Shown: piece after piece, positions 52,633 through 64,000 of the stretch
Layout of the letters: each line of letters begins with the position of its first letter
How positions within the stretch are numbered: the stretch's first letter is position 1
Source of the DNA: Paecilomyces variotii
Lineage: Eukaryota
Strand: one strand, 5' to 3'
DNA: 64,000 nucleotides
Assembly: GCA_004022145.1 (NCBI GenBank)
Contig: RCNU01000004.1
The notes under the pieces: model-generated
What the model saw: the letters and a program-made list of their open reading frames with translations, nothing else
The model's database searches: none
Told to the model about the DNA's origin: nothing
Translations under genes and position numbers: made by a program

Positions 52633-54878
52633 GCCTCGAGAACGGAAGAGACGAGAGATGCCTCTAATCTCAGCTGCCCTGTTCAGCTCTGAAGTAGCCT
52701 CTTGTCGGGTAACTCCCCTTTCAATTCTGCGATGCTGGTCACGGTTTCTCTTCGAGAACAGCTGTCTTTAGCAATTTTTTAATAATCTCCTTTACCGATC
52801 TCGTTCTAGGCCAGCGGTGTCCCCCTTCTTCGTCTCTTGTTCGTGTGTACACTGAAAGCGGAAATGTCGTGTATTCATTTCTTTATGCGACTTGTCATTT
52901 TCGCTGCCATATTCTTGGTTGCCTGGTCATATTTCTCTCGCCTCCTTTTCTCTTTTTATCTTTTATCTATCCATACTACTGATCTCAGAGAACAGTACTC
53001 ACTTATCCCCCAATACCCAAGATATTTCAGGGAAATCCTACGGCGCTGATATGCTCTCGCGAGTGCCCCAGTGCATTTGTTTATTAGTGGTTTTGTCTTT
53101 TCTCTTCCTCTTGTCTCTGGTTGAAATTTTTCCATTTTTCTTTCTCTATTCATCTTCCTCCTTGGACAGACACCGAGATGACTTGAATGTAAACAAGTGC
53201 GCTTTTGTTTTCTGTTCTATTGAGCCTATTTTGTTTCCTCTCCGTACGTACATTTAGAATATGTGTCTGTATCCGTCGTGTCTGAAATTGTTGCAATCTA
53301 TAGGCCTTATGTTCGATTGGTTGCTTCCTTCGTAAACTCAAAAGGTAGCTATCGCTGGCACCGTGGAATTCCCTTTATCAAGGGATAAGCATTCAAGAGG
53401 CAACAGTCAATAAAAACTCTTCAGATAAGAAATATTCATATTCCATACTTTTCACTCTCAGCGTCCCTTAGCGCCGCGACAGTCATTTTTCTCCCGCGCC
53501 CAAGGAGAATCACATCGTCGGTGGGGTGTGATCTCACATCTTCCAGGGTGCATTTTAGTCATAATACTATAACTATCAGTAAGTCCCGTTGATGACTGCA
53601 GTAGTTTAGGTATCCAGGGCATATTAGAGGAACTAGATATATAGTGTTTTAATTCTATTTTTCGTAGTGAGAAAGAGCTACTTAAATGTTCATTTATTAT
53701 GCCATAATATATAGCTAACTAGACATTGCCTATACTTTTGAGATTTATTATCAGTTACGTCTGTTTAACTTGTTATATTTCGTCTGATCTCACTTATTGT
53801 CTTGTTGATTGTGGGGTGGGTTATTGTTTTTCGTCTGATCTTCTTCTCCCACATGGATGTGAATCAAGAAAAATAAGAGGTTAATCGGACTCCTTCTCTA
53901 TGTTCCTTTTCGCTAAGTGGTGGAGAATAGTTGCTCTCTTGTTCTAATAAGTATTTAGGGATATGTATAAGATGGACGGCCGGACGTCACTGATATATAT
54001 ATCGCGAGGTACGCGGTAAGTTGCCGACTCCGACGGTAATAGAAACTACGGATTTGAAGCACGGAATGTGAAAAGGTTCTCAGCTTCTGACTATTTGAGG
54101 CCACTACGACATCTTGGTCAACTGGAAACCCTCACTAGATGCCTTCTACTAATACGATGATACACAAGACACACTAGTAGGGATCCTCTGCAAAGGACAT
54201 CAAAAGCACTGGCACATACTAGATCAATGCTTTTTCTTCCTCGATTTAATAAAATCAGCTATCTTCAACAGGGATGGGAAGACATGAGATAGGGCATGAA
54301 GAACGAGAACACAAAGAGCTTCGAAGAAAAGGGAATCTTGCTGCGCTGCAAAGGTGAGATCGGGGATGGAGAATAGTTCGACGCGTCAAAAAGCCTCGAA
54401 TAGTGGCGCGTACCGAAAGAGAGGGAAGAAAAAGCGAAGAAAACGGATTAGGAAAATTGTCTTGGGTTCCGTCCGGAGGCGTTTGTGTCAAGGATTAAAA
54501 ATCATGCTATCTCCAGCCCGAATTTGTTACCACCCGGGTGCATCGAAAATGATAAGATCTCTCGGGGTTTAAAAAGGACACACACGTAAAAAAGAAAAGA
54601 AAAAAAGAAGAAAGGAGAGTCAAGAGAGAAACAGGCACAACTCGTCATCTTCTGAATCTGACCCCTCTTCTCCCCGATGGAAAAGGTAGATGCAGACATC
54701 GATGCCGGAGCTTCCCCTCTTCTCCCTTTTAGAATGCTGTCAAGCGCCATAATACCATTCTCACGCCTTATCCGCTTCCTCGATAAGAGGGGCTGCGCAA
54801 TTACAGCACGTAGAGCATTGACGGTATCGAACCACAGGATCAGTTCCCGCTCCTGGCGCCACTCCTTCGGGGTATTAT

Positions 54879-56362
54879 CTACGCCTCTCCGTTGAGCTCC
54901 TCCGCCTGGCTTGCTTCGCGTGCCATACGGGCCTCGATCTCCCGCAGTTGGCTCTCGCGAGCCAGCAGCTCCTGTCGCTTCTCGTTGATCTCGCGCTGTA
55001 CCTTGAGCTCGATCTCGCGGAGCTTCTCCTCCTCGCGGCGGAGCTGCTCCTCCTTCAGACGGACAGACTGGCTTGCCAGGTCTTCTGGGTTCATAGAAGA
55101 ATCGGCACTGTTGATGATTGTTAGTGACTATGTTATTTTATGCTAGGGGACAGAGAAGAGAAGACATACCCTCCAGAAGTACCATCGACGCTCTTGCTGA
55201 GCTTCTCGGTACGGTAGTTTTCGTAGAGGAAGTCGTGGGTGATCTCCTTCAGATCTGCCAGGTGGCTGTGGAGCAGAGCGCTGCGGATGGCGAGGAAGTC
55301 AGAGTGTCGGGGGTTTTCCACCTCCACAACACCCCACGGATATTGTCTCGCTCTGACCTTCTTACCACCGATTTCCAGGATGTCCTCAGAACCGACGATG
55401 GCGAATGGCATCAATCCCCGCAGCTCAGCGTTCTCCTCCACGGTGTCTTCATCGTCCTCCTCAATGTCGTAGGGGAAGTTGTAGACGGGGATGCGGTAGT
55501 GCTCGATGTCTTCCATAACTAGCTTCTTCGATTCGGCCAGCTCAGCAGGGGTGAGCGAGTCTGCCTTGCCAATGACGGGGATAACGTTCACACGGGGTGA
55601 CAGGCGCTTCATCAGCTCGATATCCAGTTCGCGCAGACCGTGGCCGGTGGGGGTGATGAAGTACAGAAGGGCGTGCACTCGGTTGTCCCTGAAGCGGGGG
55701 TTACGCTTGATTCGTGATTCCTCGGCGAGAATGTCGTCGTATTGGCGCTCCAGGTATCCGACGATCTCTGAGAAGCTGCGTCCTGTTAGCTGCGGCGCCC
55801 CATGTCTACGAGCCTGTCCCTCAAGGTACCTCTCTTCGTTGTCAATCTGGTCCCCAAATCCGGGGGTGTCAACAATGGTTAGTGAGATGCGCGTGCCCTC
55901 CTCATCGAGCTCTAACTCTATCAGTGTGAATTAGTCCTAAATAAACCTGCGTGGCCGTCCGCGGTTACTCACCGACGGTGACGGGCTTGATACGGACGCC
56001 CTCCTCGATGTGAGCGTTGGCCGCATCATCCGCATCCTTGTGCTCGAGAACCTTCTTGCCGCAGAGCGTGTTGACAAAGGTCGTCCGTCCTGCGATACCG
56101 GGTCAATTGAGGATCGCGTGTTGCGTTGTGCGTGTCGGGATACGTACCAGTTCCGCTGGCACCACAGACCATCAGACAGAACTGAATTCCCTTCTTGACA
56201 TTCTTCTTGCGACGGATCTTAATCTGGGTGTCAGGACCGGTCAATACACAAAGTTGGGGACGAGATTGGGCATTTAGCTTGGGGAGAGGACGATAGAAAT
56301 CTGGGGAATTCTCGTAGCAAGACAGAAAGTCGCAATCATACCGCGTTCAGTGCCGACGACAT
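54879..56362 (-). CDS. CDC11: Septin Cdc11/AspA, multi-exon
   Basis: KKGIQFCLMVCGASGTGRTTFVNTL, DTPGFGD, VIGKAD, RQYPWG; C-terminal coiled coil. Confidence 0.9.
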
Positions 56363-57314
56363 GGTGGCTGGTATGGAAGGGGGAAACGGACGAGGTGCAG
56401 GGGCGAAATCAGCACGCAGGTCAAGGATGCAGAGACGAAGAAGAAGTGAAGGGGAGGAGGGAAAGCAGCAGAGGAAAAAGGGTTGCTTGGAGATGCTTCT
56501 CCTGACGGAACCTTTGAGGGGGGAAGCGTAGGGGGAAAGCAGCAGTGAGAGAGAGAGCGAGAGGCCGGCCGCCGTAGCGTCTGTTCAAGTGTTTCCCCCT
56601 TTCCACGCTCGGGTCGAGATTCGGCCAATCACGCCGATCACCCGGCCAGGAACAGGACGAGCGATGGAATGTAAATGATTATTATTATTATGGAGTTGCT
56701 GTTCTTTTCTCCAGGTGACCAAACCACGCTCTACAGATCATTTACTGATGATTTCTACAGGTGATGGTCCGGCTGTGCGAAGTATTCTCTGCCCATCTGT
56801 GTCGGCCGTCCCCCGCGTGTCCTGTCTTCAACGGCCAGCAGCACGAGCGTCAGGGGGTGGATCGAAAGCCAGCAAGAAACAATAATAACTAGGTAACTAA
56901 CTACTAACTACCTAGGTAACTAAACACGCTGGAGGGTCCAGAGCCGCGCAGCGATCCATGGATGCAATCGACACCTGAGGCAGGAAAAAAAGGACTTCGT
57001 CGGCTGTTGTCATCGACCATCTGGGCCAGCTGGAACTACAATCATCTCACGGCTGGGGTCATATTTCCAGTATAATTATAATCATTTCCATCTGGATCTT
57101 TTTGCCTAGCCGATCGCACGTGCCGGCTAGAGGCCGTTGTGTCTTTTCTGGTCTCCACTGCGCCCTGTTTTTGTTTATCGACGGACATACCTCTCCCAGT
57201 TACTAGTATTATTATTAGTAGCTCCGCATAACCACCCCATCGACCGATCGATCGATCCATCCTGGGTTCTGGGAGCGCTCGCAGGAGACTATGTGAGAGG
57301 GCCATCCTCTCAAC

Positions 57315-58708
57315 ATGAACACAAGACAGGTGATCGATGACTCGACCGGCCCCGTGTCGCTGTCGGTGGCCTTCAATAATGACAGTAGCTGCTTCTCCGT
57401 CGGGCTGGATACGGGTTTCTGCGGTAAGGTGCATTGCATGCTATGTACATACCGGATGCGGGTACTGATGTGAACGTCTGGACCAGTCTTCAATTCAGAT
57501 CCCTGTGAACTGAAAGTCTCTCGAGGTGTGTATGTCCCTTTGGTGCAGAGTGCCAGAGTGCCAGAGCGGCTGGAGGAGGAGGAGGCTGATGCCTTCCAGA
57601 CTTCAACGCGGGGATTGGGGTGGCGGAGATGCTGGGCCAGTCCAACTACCTGGCGATCGTCGGAGGAGGCAGACAGCCCAAGTTCCCTCAGAACAAGGTG
57701 CGCAATCCCGATTTTTTTTTTTACTTTATTCTATAGTAGGCCGTTGCTGATGTTCCCAAAAGCTCGTTATCTGGGACGATGCAAAGCAGAAAGCCGTCAT
57801 CACCCTTGAATTCCGCACCTCCGTGCTCCAAGTCCGCCTTTCGAAATCGCGCATCATCGTCGTCTTGCTGAACAGCATCCATGTTTTCGCATTCTCCAAC
57901 CCACCGCAGAAACTATCCGTCTTCGAGACATCAGATAATCCGTTAGGCCTGGCCTGTCTGGGCCAGAAGCTGCTAGCCTTCCCCGGCCGGTCGCCCGGAC
58001 AGGTCCAGCTCGTCGAGCTGCAGACCGGCAATGTCAGTATCATACCTGCACACAGCTCCCCACTACGAGCTATGAATTTGAGCCCAGATGGGGAGATACT
58101 GGCGACAGCGAGTGAAGCGGTAAGATTCGTTGTACGTTCTTGTCATGTGACATCATCACTTACCTCAGTGTGTATAGGGTACATTGATACGGGTATTTTC
58201 TACGAGCAACTGCACGAAGATCGCAGAGCTACGACGAGGCGTGGATCATGCGATCATCTTCTCTCTTGCAATTTCGCCATCTAACACGCTACTGGCAGTC
58301 ACCTCCGATAAGTCTACTCTTCACATCTTTGACCTTCCGCATCCGCGGCAGCTGTCTAGGCGCAGCCAGTCTCCGTCATCCCCTTCCGAGGACGGAGGAA
58401 ATTTAAAATGGGGCATCCTGGGGAAGATCCCGCTGCTGCCCAGAGTCTTCTCGGACATCTATTCTTTCACAAGCGCGCATTTTGAAATTGGAGACGAGGC
58501 TCCACCGGGTTCCCATTACGTCCCGCCTCTGGGGACATCGTTCGGTTTGCTCAACAAGGGCATGATTGGCTGGACGAATGATCATACCATCTTAGTTATC
58601 GGCGCAGGGAGAGAAGGACGATGGGAGAAGTTCATCCTCCAAGAAGGGGAAGATGGCAAGCGATACTGTACCAGGGAGGGCTGGAAACGATATCTGGGCG
58701 GCGGCTGA
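57315..58708 (+). CDS. HSV2: PROPPIN/WIPI beta-propeller (Hsv2-like), 5 exons
   Basis: [52 protein letters not shown] lipid-binding motif. Confidence 0.87.
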
Positions 58709-59108
58709 GGCCATTCTTTGGATGAAAATATTGGTATTTGAAGTGTCTATCTAAAGTAGGCCTTCTCTTATACTGCAACCCCCGAGTCTGCGTCCAGGAA
58801 GGGACTCCTGCAAAACCCGCTCGACGAAGTGGGAGCGGAGTCGAGGACCGAAATTCGAGCCGACGGGGCTCTGGCCATGACATGTGCAGGGAGACATAGC
58901 AGGCAGGCTACCTGGCTAACCGACTGCTTGCTTGCTACCGAATAAGTCTCTGACGATGCCATTGGTCGGATAGGATCTGCCAAAAAGGGCACCTTGGTTG
59001 TTGACCTGGTTTTGGGAGCTGAGAGTCATGTTCCGCTTGCCGACAAGCAAGCACATAATGTAGCGAAGATTAGATCGTAGGTATAAAATTTGGAAACAGA
59101 CAGATTGA

Positions 59109-60074
59109 TCATCTATCATCGTCCCTACTGTCACGACGGCGTCGACGATCCACAGACTGCGACCTTGTTCGTGATCTCTCCCGGCGGAATCTCAGTTCGG
59201 GGGTACGGGACTCATCTCTATATCTGCGAGACCTCCTGTCCCGGGACTCTGATCTATCCCTGTGCGAAATTCGCTCTCTACCAGGGGACCTGTCTTCGCT
59301 TCGTCTGCGTCGGTGGCGATGGCGGTGTCGGTGAGAACGTTCACGACTGTCGCCTCGGTGTCGCGATGACTTTTTCGTTTCACTCTTTAGCTTTTCCAAT
59401 GCTCGCGCAACCTCCTCTTTCTTCTCTTCAATCAGGAACTCCTTCATGGGGTCTTCCTCATCGTGGTTAACTATCAGCTCTTGCAGCTCCCGCTCTTCCT
59501 TCAGTAATGGACGTCTGCGCTCTCCTTCATCATCGCTCGTCCGTCGTTTCTTCCTTCTGCGTTCATCATCCGTATCATCATCTCTGCCAGCTGGAACACG
59601 ATCTCCCATGATTTTCGCTACATTATCTTCGTCGCCTTCTTCCTCGCGTCTCTTGTAGCGGACATGGTCCACCCGCAGCAGTCGTCCCATGACGGTTGCA
59701 CCGCCCAGGTTATCCACTGCAAGATCAGTACTACGCTGGTCTTCGTACTTGAGAAACGCGAAGCCTTTACTCTTTCCAGTCTCTTTGTCTCGGACGAGGT
59801 TGATATGGACGGGTTCGCCGTACTGCGAAAAGATGGTGATAATGTCACCCTCCGACAAGTCATACGGGAGACCGCCGATGTAGATGTAAGCGGTGTCGCG
59901 ATAATCGGCATGCCATGATGCTTCTGGAGGTCTGTAGCATCAGACAGGGTCAGTACAATGCGTATCGAGACAGGCTTATCGAACTCGATTGCGGCTGCAA
60001 GGCGGGGATTGTACTCACACTGCGTTCTCGAGTTCGCGCTTATTAAGCGCCTGTACCTGGCGTATGGCGTTCAT
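59109..60074 (-). CDS. IST3: RES complex / U2 snRNP RRM protein Ist3/Snu17 with RS-rich tail, 2 exons
   Basis: [47 protein letters not shown]. Confidence 0.92.
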
Positions 60075-60580
60075 GCTTGTTTCTGGAGCTGCAGCGCGCC
60101 CCGAAACAGTAGAGAAGCTGGAAACAGCAGCTCGTAATCTGGGTTGATTGTCAGGTTGTGGCTTTTGTTCACCTGTTGCGAGCGAAAGCTCCCGCCGCAA
60201 GGAATAACCGGAGTCTAGCTTCTCAATGGCGGCTCGCGAGGTCCCACCGTAACCTTGTCAGGCTGGCGTTCCGGACGGAGAATACATCGTGTTTACATGC
60301 TCGCTCTTGAAAGGAGCCCGTCACTACCAGCGGAAATATCAGCACTCGTGGGACTTTGGACATAATCTGATATCGTCTTTGTCCTGGTTTCCCCTGACCG
60401 CCGTTGGATCAGATATAAGCTCTGCTCCCCGACCATCCGCGGCCTCCCCTGATTCCGCTCTGCTCACACCTACCCCATTTCCCCCGACCGAGCTCGTTCT
60501 CCGATCGACGCGTGCACGACGTGTCAGGCTTGTTAAGGCATTTCTTCAAGGATCTAGGAATGGTCTGAGCGGGATTTGAG

Positions 60581-62509
60581 ATGGTGGGAATCGGACAGCG
60601 AATGTCAACACTCAGCCAAAATTCCGGCTCCAGGTCCGCCGGCGGCAGCGGCAGTCGACCGACAAGCAAAGATGGCGCAAAGAAGAATATCTGGTCTTCG
60701 ATGCTGGACAGCGTCGCAAGTGGGAAGCGACTGCCAGAGAAGAATCTCTTGATTCTGGGTTTGTATTTTCTTTTCGCCTGGATGAATCGCGCATTATATT
60801 TCCCGCATGACCTTGCAGACAACGCTTGAGTTTCTCGCTGATGTATATTATTATTACTACTTTAGGGGGAACACCGGATAGTCAGAAAGAATTTCTCGAG
60901 ACTCTGTCTTCAGATCCGTCAAATCCTCAGCTATCAAACGAGAAGAGGAAAGGAAGGGTTCCGTCTGTCGCCAACGAATTTGCATTGGGCTACACGTATC
61001 AGGATGTATTGGATGCCGATCATGATGGTATGGCGTCCGGCCTACGACTTTGCTGTCTCCAGGAGAGAGTGTGTTGACAAAATACCGTTACAGATATTCT
61101 CGCCCGTCTCTCTGCATATCTTCTCTCCGAACCCTCACCCTCTTTTGCGCCCCTTATCAAGCCGCTCCTGACACCCCAGTCGGTGCCTGAAACATTGATA
61201 GTGATCCTTTTGGATTGGTCTAATCCGTGGACTTGGGTTCGACAGCTGCGAGAATGGGTCCGTTTGCTGCGCTCGGTGCTGATCTCGTTGGATGATGAGA
61301 CCAAGCTCGTCATGGAGGAGATCATGACAGAGTGGCGGGATCGGAAGAGGGGTCTTGACAGCGCTGCGGCTGCTGGAACGACCAGTGCTGGCGGACCAGT
61401 CACAATACCTTTAGGCCCTGGAGAGTGGGATGAGGGACTGGGAATCCCGATGTGTGTCGTTTGCCAAGGGGTATGTAGAAACTACTCCAAAATTGTGCCC
61501 GGACTGTCGCTAATGGATCCCCGCTGGGATACAGGCAGATAAAATAGAGAAACTGGAAAAGGAGCACGGCTGGCGCGAAGAGGAGTTCGACTTCATCCTC
61601 CAGTTCATGAGAACCATTCTTCTCAAACGTGAGTAATGGTCTGCTGCTCAGCACGAATGGTAACTGACTATGACAATACAGACGGCTCGTCACTTATCTA
61701 CACCACGCCGTTTTTGGCGAACTCATTACAGAGCTTGATACATTCTTCCCTTGGGATACATTCACTCCTCAAAAGACAGTCTCTGCGACACAATGTGATT
61801 GATAGAGACAAGATCCTTGTGCCCGCCAACTGGGACTCGTGGGGTAAAATCCGTATCATTAGGGAAGGCTTCGACATTGAAGGTGTCGGCACCGCTTGGT
61901 CCATCGAGATCCAGGATCCACCCGGAACTCTCGATGACGCCCCCGTAGAGAACGGAGATGCCGAGGATGAGTCAAACAAGGAAGATGAGGGCAGCAGCGC
62001 GGTGGCCATCTATGAGCAGACGATCAAGGATCCCAAGCGCGAGACTTCTATTGCTCGTAGCAGCCAAGCTAATGCGAACAAGATTGAGATTGAAGCAGAA
62101 GATATGCAAACCTTCCTAGCGAGCCAGGCAGAAGTGCTCGAACAGCTGAAGCAGGATGATGAGAAAGATCGTGCAGTTAGGAAAATACCCAAGCTGGAAA
62201 TGTCTGCACTTGAAGATAATGGCCGTGTGAACGAACATATTGGACCCGTCCAATTTAACATGGGAGGTATCCAAGTGGATGCTGACGATATGCTCAGAAA
62301 GCTCAAGGTGAGCAGGCAAATATCCCTTTCAGTATATGCCCAACAAACTGACATCTATGAAGGAGAGAGAAGCAAGTCGGGCACAGAAGAAAGAAGTACC
62401 CGCGACATCAGTTGGTGATGAGAAAGCACACAACCAAGCTCTGGCGAGCTTCTTCGCCGGCCTGGTCAAGAAACCAGGAGGTAGCCCTCGCGGTAGTCCC
62501 GCGCCTTGA
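60581..62509 (+). CDS. Cytoplasmic dynein light intermediate chain, multi-exon
   Basis: NIWSSMLDSV, FALGYTYQDV, FDFILQFMRT, DRDKILVPANWDSWGKI, C-terminal LASFFAGL. Confidence 0.9.
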
Positions 62510-62848
62510 TACCAAAATCACCTCTTGTAAATTCGCTTTTATTACTTCTATACCTTTTTTTGGGTACAGTATTTCCGCTATGAGTTGCGGGACCAATCAA
62601 CCAACGCTTTCATTGAAACCTATACTCGACCCCATTCGCATCTAACTTTTCATCACTTTTATCTACACTCATATGGCAGAACAACATACATCAACTGCGG
62701 GCAAGGCCGTAACTTAGCTGTGAGAATGGAACGCGGGATGAGTGTGAACTATGGCCGGTGGAATAGCGAAACGGAAGAATGAGTACAACGGGAGACAACA
62801 GTACAGGAAGTGGGAATCCTTTCTTTTTTCTCTCTCTTTATTTTTCTT

Positions 62849-62892
62849 CCTGAACAGGTCCTGAACAGGTCCTGAACAGGTCCTGAACAGGT
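62849..62892. repeat. Perfect 11-bp tandem repeat (cctgaacaggt) x4
   Basis: Four exact copies read directly. Confidence 0.95.
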
Positions 62893-63294
62893 GTCTTTTT
62901 ACCCCACACCCTTGTTTTAGAATATTTCACCCACTTCTTGTATGTACGCTTCTGTACAGTATGATACCCTGAGAAGAGAATCTAATCAATCAATTGAAAT
63001 TGATATAATACTTTGTTTTCCGCTTTTCATTTAGTGTAAAGCCAAGTTCTATTCTATATTTAGTACATGATATGAGGGTGATTATGACGAGGCAATAATA
63101 GATGGTAACACAGGTAGTGTAGAAATAGATCGAGTCATTTGTCCACACGAAAAAAATAACATGTCGCGAAGACATAGGTCTGGGGACTCCTTCTTTCCTT
63201 CTCTCTCTTCTTTCGATTCAATCGAATCCAACTTTCTGCTCACGGGAAGATTTCCAGGAGTTCCCATATAACCAAGCGATGCAGAAGAAAGAAA

Positions 63295-64000
63295 TCACCA
63301 ATTCTCCCAGACCGCATCCGGCAGAACCGTTCTCATGATCTTCCAATGACCAATAGCACTCCGATCCTGGAACGCAGCGATATGATCCGTATCACTCGCC
63401 TTGAGGAGGCGTCGTCCTCCCTTCTCGACAGTCGAAAAGGCAGACGCGTCGATCTCATGTTTTGGCATCAGGTACGTCTCGCGGGCCTTGCTGCCTAGGA
63501 AGTCAGCCGACGTGGGGTTGCGGAAACGAATGGGCATGTCGGCGGATTTGGTGCAGAAGATGACCATGTTGGTGAAGTCGACGGCGGGGTGGTTTTCCAT
63601 GGCGGCGTCTTCGCGGAAGATGCGGCATGAGGGGAAGATTTCGTTGATGGTGCGGACGACGAGGCCGGCGGGGTAGAGGGTGAGGTCGCCGGCGAAGTTC
63701 TGTTAGAATTGTAAGTATTGGTTCTGAGGAGGAGAAGTGTTAGGTGGAAGGTGGGGAAACGAACAATGGCAATGACTCCGTTGTCCTTGAGCAAGTCGCT
63801 GAGCTCTTGGAGGAATTCAAGAGTGAAGAGGTTGATGGGTTCAGCGCCGCCGGTGAAGACATCGTGCACGATGTAGTCATATTGGGGCCTCGGTGAGGAT
63901 GCCAGGGACTTCTTGACGAACTTCTCCGCATCCTGGATGACGGCGGTATGGTTGGGCGGCAGGTGGAAGTACTTGTTAGCGAAGTAGTACACGACGGGGT
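63295..64000 (-). CDS. Spermidine/spermine synthase-like SAM-dependent protein (3' part only)
   Basis: DPVVYYFA..YF, YDYIVHDVFTGGAEP..LFT.EF, NFAGD, CRIFRE, C-terminal VWENW. Confidence 0.82.

Noticed and set aside
42241-62509. Apparent polarity/vacuole gene cluster (OCH1, PKA, VMA11, ROM2, septin, HSV2, dynein LIC)
   Set aside because: Ordinary housekeeping neighbours; no shared regulatory signal visible.
62849-62892. CRISPR-like array
   Set aside because: No spacers, eukaryotic context, no cas genes.

Overview
Gene-dense, intron-containing fungal chromosomal DNA. Protein similarity points to Eurotiales (Aspergillus/Paecilomyces-like); this is an inference. There are about 24 intact protein genes, mostly housekeeping: ISY1, MTG1, BOR1-like, VPS34, NSE4, TCD-like, Cys2/CysA-like, OCH1, a PKA catalytic subunit, VMA11, ROM2, septin CDC11/aspA, HSV2, IST3 and dynein LIC. 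The main anomaly is a 5.7-kb, extremely AT-rich block (35945-41669) with no ORFs in the track. It is a RIP-destroyed Mutator-like (MULE) DNA transposon with ~106-bp TIRs and a 9-10-bp TSD. Reversing the RIP changes by eye recovers a plus-strand DDE/CxxH transposase. It also suggests a second, convergent, intron-containing gene of unknown function on the minus strand. A second notable unit is a possible accessory trio: a C2H2+Zn2Cys6 transcription factor divergent from an atypical complex I PSST subunit, followed by an SDR. Exon boundaries and de-RIP translations were read by eye and are approximate.
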